Positions 17,607 through 25,794 of a stretch of DNA of 32,000 nt are shown here, piece by piece. The stretch spans positions 30,001-62,000 of the forward strand of contig NZ_BCZP01000005.1 of the NCBI RefSeq assembly GCF_001598795.1. The letters are read 5' to 3'. Every line of letters starts with the position of its first letter. The first letter of the stretch is position 1. The translations under genes were made by a program, and so were the position numbers. The notes beneath the pieces are model-generated. The model saw nothing but the letters and a program-made list of their open reading frames with translations, was not told the DNA's origin and did not search any database. The stretch is from Delftia acidovorans NBRC 14950. GTDB lineage: Bacteria; Pseudomonadota; Gammaproteobacteria; Burkholderiales; Burkholderiaceae_C.

Positions 17607-18509
17607 TCAAGGCGAATCTGCGCTGAAGGCCCGCCCGCCCGTGGACTGGTTGATCAGGCTGGCCTCGCGGAACAGCGCGACCCGGTCTTGCGGCGACTTG
17701 AGCTGGCCCAGGTCCGAGACGGTGGTGACCGCGCAGACGATTTCATGCTGCGCATCAAACACCGGCGCCGCCTGGCCCGTGACGTTGGACAGCAGGTGGC
17801 TGGTCATCTCGGACCAGCAGCGCTCGCGCACTTCGTCAAGCACGGCCTTGGCCGGCGGCTTGCCACGGAAATAGGCGGGCTGCTGGCGCCGTGCGGCGTC
17901 GATGGTGGCCTTGGGCAGGAAGGCCTGGAACACCAGGCCGCAGGCGGTGTTGTCTATGGGCAGGATGTCGCCCAGCGCCAGCGGGTTGATCGAGAAGTAG
18001 GCGCTGCGGTACCAGCGCACCAGGGTCGGCCCGCGGTCGGTCCAGATGGCCACGCCGCCGCTGAGCGCATGGCTGTGCGTCAGCGCCTTCATGCGCTGCG
18101 CCGCAATCTCCACCGCATCCACACGCTTGAGCGCGCCAATGCCGATGCTCAGCGCCGCGCTGCCCAGGTCATACAGGCCGCTGGCCGGGTCCTGCTTGGC
18201 CAGGCCTTCCTTGACGAGGCTTTGCAGGTAGCGGTGGGCCGTGGAGCCCCCCGTTCCCGTTCGCCGGGCCACCTCGCCCAGCGCCAGCTCGCTTTCGGCA
18301 TTGGCCAGGACCATGAGAAACCGGGTGGCGATGGAGACGGACTGGATGGTGCCGGAGCGCTTCTCGCCGGCTGTCGTCTGAGGTGTTGTTGTTTTCAAGG
18401 GCTGGGCTTTCTTGCCTGTACCAGGCGCATCGCAGGTGGGGGCGCAGGCGCCGCCGGTGTCGATGATACCGGCTCTGCCGAAGGCTCTGCACGGGTGCGC
18501 GCACACCAT
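17607..18509 (-). CDS. IclR-family transcriptional regulator
   Basis: HTH region SVSIATRFLMVLA…LGEVARRTGTGGSTAHRYLQSLVKEGL plus a C-terminal effector domain. The only in-frame ATG upstream of the HTH is at 18509, which gives an extension of about 50 aa. Confidence 0.8.
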   Translation of the reverse strand: MVCAHPCRAFGRAGIIDTGGACAPTCDAPGTGKKAQPLKTTTPQTTAGEKRSGTIQSVSIATRFLMVLANAESELALGEVARRTGTGGSTAHRYLQSLVKEGLAKQDPASGLYDLGSAALSIGIGALKRVDAVEIAAQRMKALTHSHALSGGVAIWTDRGPTLVRWYRSAYFSINPLALGDILPIDNTACGLVFQAFLPKATIDAARRQQPAYFRGKPPAKAVLDEVRERCWSEMTSHLLSNVTGQAAPVFDAQHEIVCAVTTVSDLGQLKSPQDRVALFREASLINQSTGGRAFSADSP

Positions 18510-18537
18510 TTCGCCGCTGTTTTTTTCTTCCGCATGT

Positions 18538-18551
18538 GGGAATGCATTCCC
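18538..18551. promoter_or_regulatory. Perfect 14-bp palindrome GGGAATGCATTCCC in the IclR/receptor divergent spacer
   Basis: Read directly from the sequence. It is part of TGTGGGAATG, and related copies lie at 18555-18562, 16708-16716 (inverse) and 16743-16753. Confidence 0.4.
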
Positions 18552-18586
18552 TACTGTGGAATTTCAATGCATGATGGCGACCTTTG

Positions 18587-18605
18587 AAAAATACGAATCA
18601 TTCTC
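18587..18605 (+). promoter_or_regulatory. Candidate Fur box
   Basis: aaaaatacgaatcattctc matches 13/19 positions of GATAATGATAATCATTATC. It ends 17 nt upstream of the proposed receptor start. Confidence 0.35.
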
Positions 18606-18621
18606 ATCAAAGGAAGATGCT

Positions 18622-20706
18622 GTGAAGCTGTGTTTCCATCGCAGGCTCCCGTCCCGGGCGGGCGCCATCGCACTCTCTACCCTGATGGCGCCGGCCGGCG
18701 CCTTTGCACAGGGCGCATCGGGTTCCGGGGGGGAATCCAACGCGCTTGAAGCGGTCGTGGTCAGCGGAGAAAAGGTCAGGCGCGAACTCAAGGACACGGC
18801 CTCCTCCGTGTCGGTCAAGGCCGGCAAGGACCTGGCCCGACAGGAATCCGGCAACGCCTCGGTCCACGAGGTGCTGCACGACGTGCCCAACGTGGTCTAC
18901 ACCGACACGGTGGGTGCGCCCATCATCCGCGGGCAGGACACGCAGGGGCCCAACAACGGCCAGAACGTCTTCTGGGGCGGCACGGTGCCGCGCGCCACCA
19001 TCAACCTGGACGGGCACTACCTCAACTACAACGAGATGTTCTTCGGCGCGACCTCGGTCTGGGATGTGGAGAGCATCGAGGTGTTCCGCGGCCCGCAGAC
19101 CACCTCGCAGGGCGCCAATGCCATTGCGGGCGCCATCGTCGTGAACACCAAGGACCCCAGCTTCAAACGCGAAGGGGCCTACCAGCTGGAGGCGGGCGAC
19201 TACCACTCGCGGCGTGCGTCCATCGCCGTCTCCGGCCCCGTGGGCGAGGAGCTGGCCGCGCGGCTGGCCGTGGACTACTCGGGGCGCGATACCTTCATCG
19301 ACTACACCAATCCGCAGTTCCAGCGGGGCCAGGCCGATCAGGATTTCCGCGCGCTGAACGCACGCATGAAGTTCCTGTGGCTGCCCAGCCGCATTCCGGG
19401 CCTGGAGGCCAAGTTCACCTATTCCCACAACGACAGCAACCGCCCCAGCCAGGAGGCGGCGTCCGCTCCGTTCAGCGCGCTGGAGCACTGGACGACAACC
19501 ATGCCCAGCTGGAAGCAGAAGACCGACACCGGCATCCTCGACCTCAGCTACGAGCTGGGCAACGGCGTGCGGCTGGTCAACCAGTCCCAGTATTCGCGCT
19601 CGTCCGTGCAGCGCTATACCGGCATTCCCGGCGAGGGCGATGCCGATATCCGCCAGAACAATGTCTCCAATGAGTTCCGCGCCCTGGTGGGCAGCGACAA
19701 GAACCGCCTGAGCGGCTTCGGCGGCGTCTACTACGCGCGCACCGGCACGGACGAAAGCCTGCTGCTGCGCGGCCTGTCCGCCTTCGACGACACGAAGAAG
19801 AACCTGGGCGTCTTCGGCGAGCTGAACTGGCGCCTGGCCGACCGCTGGACCCTGACCAGCGGCCTGCGCTACCAACAGGACGAGGTGGTGCGCACCGGCA
19901 CTTCGGTGCTGGCACCCACCGCCCTCGACTACACGAAAACCTTCTCGGCACTGCTGCCCAAGCTGTCCCTGGCCTATGCCGCCACACCGCGCTGGACCGT
20001 GGGCGCGCTGGTCAGCCGGGGCTACAACCCGGGCGGTGTGTCGCTGAACCTCACCAGCCGGCAATGGGCGTATTTCAAGAAGGAGTCGATCTGGAACTAC
20101 GAGCTGTTCAGCCGCGCCAGCCTGCTCGATGACCGGCTGATGCTCAACACCAACCTGTTCTACATGGACATGCGGGATGCGCAGTACAACATCCCCGTGG
20201 TCATCTCCCCGGGCGTGGCCCAGTCCTACACCATCAACGCGGAGAAGGCCCATGCCTACGGCTTCGAGCTGGGCGCCGACTACCGCGCGCTGGACAACCT
20301 GCGGATCAAGGCCGGCGTGGGCGTGCTGCGCACCCGCATCGAGGAGATGGGCAGCAACCCCGGCTACGAGCACAACCGCTTCGCCCGCTCGCCCGGCTAC
20401 AACCTGAGCCTGGGCGTGAGCTGGGACGCCAGCCCCCGGTTCAATGTCTCAGGCCAGGTGCGCCATCTGGACGGCTACTACTCCGATACCGCCAACACGC
20501 GCGCCTATGCGGTCGGCTCCAACACCATCGCCGACCTGCGCATGACCTATGCCTACAGCGCGCGCGTGCAGCTGTACGGCTATATCAAGAACGTCTTCGA
20601 CAGGCGCGCACCGACGTACCTGCAGCAAAACCGCGGCATCGGCGGCATCGAGGCCAGCATGACCGCGCCGCGCATGATCGGCGTGGGCGTGCGGGGAACG
20701 TTCTGA
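18622..20706 (+). CDS. TonB-dependent outer-membrane receptor (siderophore-type)
   Basis: GTG start with an AAGGAAG SD 5 nt upstream gives the signal peptide KLCFHRRLPSRAGAIALSTLMAPAGAFA-QG. Plug motifs ALEAVVVSGEK and IEVFRGPQTTSQGANAIAGAIVVNTK. C-terminal …GVRGTF with a terminal Phe. Earlier ATGs at 18565/18568 are possible. Confidence 0.85.
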   Translation: MKLCFHRRLPSRAGAIALSTLMAPAGAFAQGASGSGGESNALEAVVVSGEKVRRELKDTASSVSVKAGKDLARQESGNASVHEVLHDVPNVVYTDTVGAPIIRGQDTQGPNNGQNVFWGGTVPRATINLDGHYLNYNEMFFGATSVWDVESIEVFRGPQTTSQGANAIAGAIVVNTKDPSFKREGAYQLEAGDYHSRRASIAVSGPVGEELAARLAVDYSGRDTFIDYTNPQFQRGQADQDFRALNARMKFLWLPSRIPGLEAKFTYSHNDSNRPSQEAASAPFSALEHWTTTMPSWKQKTDTGILDLSYELGNGVRLVNQSQYSRSSVQRYTGIPGEGDADIRQNNVSNEFRALVGSDKNRLSGFGGVYYARTGTDESLLLRGLSAFDDTKKNLGVFGELNWRLADRWTLTSGLRYQQDEVVRTGTSVLAPTALDYTKTFSALLPKLSLAYAATPRWTVGALVSRGYNPGGVSLNLTSRQWAYFKKESIWNYELFSRASLLDDRLMLNTNLFYMDMRDAQYNIPVVISPGVAQSYTINAEKAHAYGFELGADYRALDNLRIKAGVGVLRTRIEEMGSNPGYEHNRFARSPGYNLSLGVSWDASPRFNVSGQVRHLDGYYSDTANTRAYAVGSNTIADLRMTYAYSARVQLYGYIKNVFDRRAPTYLQQNRGIGGIEASMTAPRMIGVGVRGTF

Positions 20707-20725
20707 GATAGGAATAACAGCAGAC

Positions 20726-22036
20726 ATGACAACCCGCAAACCCCTGCACATCGGCCTTTCGCTGGCCCCCACCTGGCTGAGCGGCGACGCCTGGCGGCGG
20801 CCCGGCAGCAATATCGAAGGGCTGTACTCCAGCGACTTCGCTCTGGACCTGGCCCGGCGCGCCGAGGCTGCGCACCTGGACTTCGTCTTCCGCCCGGACG
20901 TGAGCTTTCTGCCCATGGAGGCGCTGGAGACGGGCGCGGGCTTCGCCAGCCTGGACCCCACGGTGCTGATGGCCGCGCTGGCGCGCGAGACCTCGCGCAT
21001 CGGCCTGGTGTCCACGGTATCGACCACGTTTTTCCCGCCCTATGCGGTGGCGCGCCAGCTGCAATCGCTGCACTGGATCAGCAACGGCCGCGCCGGGTGG
21101 AACATCGTCACGGCCCTGCAGGGCCACGAGAACTTCGGGCTGCAGGCCATGCCCGATGCCGATGAACGCTATGCGCGGGCCGCAGAATTCACCGACGTGG
21201 TGCGCCGGCTGTGGGCCAGCTTCCCCAACGAGGCCTTGAAGATCGACCGGGACAGCGGCCGCTACGCCGACGCCTCGCTGGTCCACCCCATAGACCACGA
21301 GGGACCGCACCTGAAGGTGCGCGGCCCGCTGAACCTGCCGGAGTTCGGCGGCCCGCGCATTCCTCTGGTGCAGGCGGGCGCGTCCAGCACCGGGCGCGAC
21401 TTTGCCGCATCGGTGGCAGACATTGTTTTCGCCCCCACGCCGGACCTGGACGCGGCGCTGGAGCTGCGCCGGGACCTGTCTCGGCGCGCCCAGCGCCATG
21501 GCCGCCAGGCGCAGGATGTGCGCCTGCTGCCCGGCCTGAGCCTGTACCTGGCCGACACCCGCGAGCAGGCCCGGGAGATGTTCCAGCAGACGCACGGCCG
21601 GGTGGACAGGGGCCGCAAGCTGGCATCGATCAAGGCCATGGTCGGCCTGGACCTGACGGACTGGCCCGCAGACCGGCCGATCACCGCAGCCGACCTTCCG
21701 CCGCCCGTGGCAACCCCGTCCAGCCGCACGCATGCGGGCCTGCTCAGGCGCCTGATGGAGCGCGAGTCATTGCGCATCGACGAGCTGCTGCTGCGGCCGG
21801 AAATCCTCTCCGCCGCGCACTGGCAGGTGGTCGGCACGGTGGACGATGCCGTGGCGCAGATCACCGAGTGGAGCGCCGCTGGCGCCATCGACGGCTTTCT
21901 GGCCGCGCCCGGCGGCTCCGTCGAGTCCCTGCATTGCGTGCTGGAGCAGCTGGTGCCGTGCCTGGTGGAGGCCGGCCTGTTCCGCTCCCGCTACACGGGC
22001 ACCACGTTCATGGAGCACCTCGACGAGTCGAGGTAG
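20726..22036 (+). CDS. LLM-class flavin-dependent monooxygenase, NtaA/SnaA/DszA subfamily
   Basis: PLHIGLSLAPTWL…, SNGRAGWNIVTA, about 436 aa as is typical for the subfamily. Starts 19 nt after the receptor stop. Confidence 0.8.
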   Translation: MTTRKPLHIGLSLAPTWLSGDAWRRPGSNIEGLYSSDFALDLARRAEAAHLDFVFRPDVSFLPMEALETGAGFASLDPTVLMAALARETSRIGLVSTVSTTFFPPYAVARQLQSLHWISNGRAGWNIVTALQGHENFGLQAMPDADERYARAAEFTDVVRRLWASFPNEALKIDRDSGRYADASLVHPIDHEGPHLKVRGPLNLPEFGGPRIPLVQAGASSTGRDFAASVADIVFAPTPDLDAALELRRDLSRRAQRHGRQAQDVRLLPGLSLYLADTREQAREMFQQTHGRVDRGRKLASIKAMVGLDLTDWPADRPITAADLPPPVATPSSRTHAGLLRRLMERESLRIDELLLRPEILSAAHWQVVGTVDDAVAQITEWSAAGAIDGFLAAPGGSVESLHCVLEQLVPCLVEAGLFRSRYTGTTFMEHLDESR

Positions 22037-22063
22037 GGGCTGCGCCCTGCCCGCGCCGGGCCT

Positions 22064-22759
22064 TCACTGCGCCCGCGTGTCGGACCCGCCATCGGGCTCG
22101 AACGCAAAGCCCACGCCGTACACGGAGCGAATCCACTCATGGCGGTCGTCCGCCGCCTTGAGCTTTTTGCGCAGGTTCTTGATGTGGCTGTCGATGGCGC
22201 GCTCGTTCACGTCCAGCGTGTCGGCGCAGGCCAGCTCCAGCAGCTGCGCGCGGGAGTACAGGCGGCCGGGCTGGCGCATCAGGGCCTGCAGCAAGGTCAG
22301 CTCCCGCTTGGTCAGCGGCAGCACGCTGCCGTTGAGCATGGCGCGGCCCTGCTCAGGCAGCAGCGTCAGGCGTTGCTGCGCGGGGCCGGGGCCGGCACTG
22401 CGGCGCAGCACGGCCTTGACGCGGGCCACGACTTCGCGCGGGGCGAAGGGTTTGCAGATGTAGTCGTCCGCGCCCAGCTCCAGGCCCAGCAGGCGGTCCA
22501 TTTCCTCGACACGCGCAGTGAGCAGGATGACGGGGCTGGCGCTGTGTGGGCGGAACTGGCGCAGGATGTCCAGGCCGTCCAGCCCCGGCAGCATGATGTC
22601 CAGCACGGTGAGGTCGGGCGGGGAGCGCAGCATGCGGTCCAGCGCCTCGCGCCCGTGGCGGATGTGCTCGACTTCGTAGCCTGCATGGCGCAGGTAGTCG
22701 ATGACGATGGCGGCCATGTCGGTTTCGTCTTCGACCAGGAGGATGCGGGCAGGCTTCAT
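22064..22759 (-). CDS. OmpR-family response regulator
   Basis: MKPARILLVEDE…DLTVLDIMLPGLDG…DDYICKPF receiver domain. Winged-helix …DSHIKNLRKKL…IRSVYGVGFAF. The ATG at 22759 overlaps the kinase stop (ATGA). Confidence 0.9.
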   Translation of the reverse strand: MKPARILLVEDETDMAAIVIDYLRHAGYEVEHIRHGREALDRMLRSPPDLTVLDIMLPGLDGLDILRQFRPHSASPVILLTARVEEMDRLLGLELGADDYICKPFAPREVVARVKAVLRRSAGPGPAQQRLTLLPEQGRAMLNGSVLPLTKRELTLLQALMRQPGRLYSRAQLLELACADTLDVNERAIDSHIKNLRKKLKAADDRHEWIRSVYGVGFAFEPDGGSDTRAQ

Positions 22760-24399
22760 GGCGCGGGATTTTCCAGCAAGGGCAGCCACAGCGTGATGCG
22801 CAGGCCGCCCAGCGGCGAGGCAGCGGCCTCGATGCTGCCGCCATGGGCCTGGACGATGGTGCGGCAGATGGCCAGTCCCAGGCCGGAGCCGCCCAGGCCA
22901 TCGCCGTCGCGCACGCGGGAGGCGTCCACGCGGTAAAGGCGGTCAAACAGGCGCGGCAGGTGCTGGCTGGCCACACCGGGAGCCGTGTCGTCCCAGCACA
23001 GCTGCAGCATGCTGCGGTCCTGCATCTGGACCATTTCGGCAGACACCTGCAGCCGCCCGCCCGCAGCCGTGTAGCGCAGGCTGTTTTCCAGCAGGTTGGC
23101 AAACACCTGGTGCAGCCGGTGCGGGTCGCCCTGCACCAGCGGCGGCGGAACGCGCGCGGCCAGCTGGTCCACGGTGGAGCGGTCCAGGCCAATGCCGACC
23201 TGCTCGAAACCGGGCCGCGCGCCGTCCAGCGCCTCGCCCAGCAGGGTCAGCACATGCACGGGCACATGGCCCGAGCCGTGCAGGGCCTGCGGGTCGTCCA
23301 GGCTCACGCGCAGGTCGCTGACCAGCCGTATCAGCCGCATGATCTGCCGGTGCAGGCGCAGCGCCATGCGGTCGTCCATGGGCAGCACGCCGTCCTGCAC
23401 GGCCTCGACCTCGGCGCGCATGGTGGACAGGGGCGTGCGCAGCTCATGCGCCACGTCGGCCAGCCAGCGCTGGCGCGAGGCCTCCATGGTGGCCAGTTGC
23501 ACGGCCATGTCGTTGAAGGTTTCCGCAAGGCGGGCCAGCTCCGCATCGCCCTTGATGGCCACGCGCGTATCCAGCCGCCCGGCCGCAATGCCGCGCAGGC
23601 CATCGACAAAGGCGGTCAGCGGCTCCAGCCAGCGCCGCGTGAGCCAGGCCGACAGCAGCAGCGCCAGCAGCAGGCCGGCCAGCCCGGTCCAGGCCACAAA
23701 ACCCATCTGCTGCGCGAGGAAGGCGCGGTCCAGGTCGCGCTGCATGCCCTGCCCGGTCTGCACGGGGGACAGCACGATCTCGCCAATGGCCTGACCATTG
23801 GCTGCGCGCAGAACGCGATGCGCCGCGCCTGGCTGCGGCGCCATGCCGGAGATGAGCTGGCCCTGGGCATCCAGCAGGCCCACGCGCGCCCACGGGCCGC
23901 CGAACGGGCGGTCTGGCGGCGGGCCTGGGCGGTCTGTACGGTCTGTACGGTCGGAGCGATCTGATCGATCTGAGCGATCGGCAGGCTCTCCGCCTTCCGG
24001 CCCAGGTGGCGGCGGAAACTCCGGGCCCGGGCCCGGACCGTGGCTTCCCTCAAAACCAGGCCTCGGCTCCGGCATGGGCATGGGCATGGGGGGCCGTGGC
24101 CCGGGCTCGCCCGCAGGAAAGCCCCGGCCCATGCCTGCGCCCGGGCGCACCATGTCGCGCCAGAAACCGGGGTTGGCGCGCGCCGCATCCCAGCCGCCGT
24201 TTTGCTCATGGTGCTGGACCAGCCGCTCGGCCAGCCCGTCCATGCCGGTCAGCTCCACCTCGGCCATGTAGGGCCCCAGGCCCCTCTGCAGCCCCAGGCG
24301 CGAGAACCCGAGAAACACCAGCAGCAGGGCCACCAGCAGCACGGCCAGGGCGAAGAAGGCCTTGTGCTGCAGCTTCAGGCGTGGGAGGCGGAGGCTCAT
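22756..24399 (-). CDS. Sensor histidine kinase (BaeS-like architecture)
   Basis: Two TM segments, a HAMP domain (WLTRRWLEPLTAFVDGLRGIAAGRLDTRV), H-box ADVAHELRTPLSTM, N box FANLLENSLRYT and G box GSGLGLAICRTIV. The periplasmic part carries a Pro/Gly/Met-rich low-complexity insert. Confidence 0.9.
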   Translation of the reverse strand: MSLRLPRLKLQHKAFFALAVLLVALLLVFLGFSRLGLQRGLGPYMAEVELTGMDGLAERLVQHHEQNGGWDAARANPGFWRDMVRPGAGMGRGFPAGEPGPRPPMPMPMPEPRPGFEGSHGPGPGPEFPPPPGPEGGEPADRSDRSDRSDRTDRTDRPGPPPDRPFGGPWARVGLLDAQGQLISGMAPQPGAAHRVLRAANGQAIGEIVLSPVQTGQGMQRDLDRAFLAQQMGFVAWTGLAGLLLALLLSAWLTRRWLEPLTAFVDGLRGIAAGRLDTRVAIKGDAELARLAETFNDMAVQLATMEASRQRWLADVAHELRTPLSTMRAEVEAVQDGVLPMDDRMALRLHRQIMRLIRLVSDLRVSLDDPQALHGSGHVPVHVLTLLGEALDGARPGFEQVGIGLDRSTVDQLAARVPPPLVQGDPHRLHQVFANLLENSLRYTAAGGRLQVSAEMVQMQDRSMLQLCWDDTAPGVASQHLPRLFDRLYRVDASRVRDGDGLGGSGLGLAICRTIVQAHGGSIEAAASPLGGLRITLWLPLLENPAP

Positions 24400-24411
24400 T
24401 CAGTCCCTGCG

Positions 24412-25335
24412 TCAGACGGCAATGCCGATGGATATCGTGGCGGTGTGGCCATTGGTGGTGTCTCCGGTGAAGGTGGGCGTCTGCCAGGCGATCTGCTCGC
24501 TGGTGTTGTCGCCGAAGACATTGTCCGATGTCACGCTGACCCGCGACAGGTTGGAGACGCTGGCGCTGTAGCCGCTGACACCGGCATAGACGGCGCTGGC
24601 CACGTCCTTGGGCATGGCCATCTGCGAGGTCAGCAGCTTGTTGGTGTAGCTGCCGGCCGTGTTGAGGCTGCGGAACACCTCGAAGTGCATGTGCGGCCAA
24701 CGCCCGTCATAGCAGCCCGGGAAGATGGTCACAAAGGTGCATTCGCCATTGCTGTCCGTCGCCTGTACACCGCGCAGGAAGTTCTGGTTGAGCAGGTCGG
24801 TGGAGTACAGCGAATACTCGCCCTCGCGGGTGCAGTGCCACAGGTAGATGGCATAGCCTTCCAGCGGGCTGCAGTTGGTGCTGACGTTGACCAGGGTGAT
24901 CTTGAGCGTCAGCGGCAGGCCCGCAGCCGTGCCGCTCATGCCGCCAAAGCTGCTGCGCAGGTCGCTGCGCACCACGCCGCTTTGCGACAGCACATTGACC
25001 AGGCTGCCGCGCGAGCCGTTGGAGCCGTCGGCGGGGTAAGGGCCTTCGGTTTCCGTGGGATCGACCATGCAGGTGGTGGTCGTGGTTCCCGTATCTGTGC
25101 CCGTACCTGTGCCCGTGTCGGTGCCCGTTCCTGTCCCGGTTCCTGTGCCGGTCCCTGTCGAATCACCGGAATCACCTCCGCCACCACCGCAGGCGGACAA
25201 GAGCGCGGCAGCGCCACCGGCAGCCATCAGGCCCAACAGGCGGCGGCGCTCGGACAGGCGGCGCGCCATGACTTGCAGATCGTGCTGAAGGCCCAGGTCG
25301 TGGGCTAGATCATCGGCATCGTGAGAGTGGTTCAT
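24412..25335 (-). CDS. Secreted intradiol ring-cleavage dioxygenase-like protein (Tat signal, probable lipoprotein)
   Basis: Twin-arginine motif SERRRLLG, lipobox LLSAC, (TG)n/Thr linker, core …YLWHCTREGEYS…GCYDGRWPHMHFEV. An alternative start at 25269 (MARRLSERRR) is possible. Confidence 0.7.
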   Translation of the reverse strand: MNHSHDADDLAHDLGLQHDLQVMARRLSERRRLLGLMAAGGAAALLSACGGGGGDSGDSTGTGTGTGTGTGTDTGTGTGTDTGTTTTTCMVDPTETEGPYPADGSNGSRGSLVNVLSQSGVVRSDLRSSFGGMSGTAAGLPLTLKITLVNVSTNCSPLEGYAIYLWHCTREGEYSLYSTDLLNQNFLRGVQATDSNGECTFVTIFPGCYDGRWPHMHFEVFRSLNTAGSYTNKLLTSQMAMPKDVASAVYAGVSGYSASVSNLSRVSVTSDNVFGDNTSEQIAWQTPTFTGDTTNGHTATISIGIAV

Positions 25336-25417
25336 GGGGATGGCTTTTCATGAGGGCCTGTGCGCAGGCCCGTGGGGTTGCAGACAGCCCGGCGGCGTGG
25401 CCCGCCGGGCCACGCGA

Positions 25418-25717
25418 TCACTGCTGCGGATGGGGCGGCGGCCCGCCTGCGCCGGGTCCGCCGGCCGGCATGGCCACCAGCTGCCCGTTCAGGCTGCGGC
25501 AGGTGCCGGCCAGCGTCTTGCCATCGGGCATGGTCAGCGTCACGCTGTCGCCCTCGGCCTTGCCCTGGCAGGCCGTATAGGCCTCGGGCGGCGGCGACGG
25601 CGGATTGCCGTGCCCCCCGTGGCCCTGCGCATGGCTGCAGGCCGCCGCGAAGGCCGCCACAGCCAGCACAAGGGCCGGGCGAACGCGTGAAGCGTTGGTT
25701 TGCGAGAAATCAATCAT
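25418..25717 (-). CDS. Small exported His/Pro-rich protein, function unknown
   Basis: Start at MIDFSQTNASRVRPALVLAVAAFAAAC with an AGGAAAA SD. The mature part is HAQGHGGHGNPPSPPPEAYTACQGK…GTCRSL… with two Cys. Confidence 0.6.
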   Translation of the reverse strand: MIDFSQTNASRVRPALVLAVAAFAAACSHAQGHGGHGNPPSPPPEAYTACQGKAEGDSVTLTMPDGKTLAGTCRSLNGQLVAMPAGGPGAGGPPPHPQQ

Positions 25718-25794
25718 GGTCTTTTCCTGGAGTTGCACAGGAATTCTTGCGACCAATCTGGGGGGAAATTGGGAGAAGTGACCGTGATCGAAAT

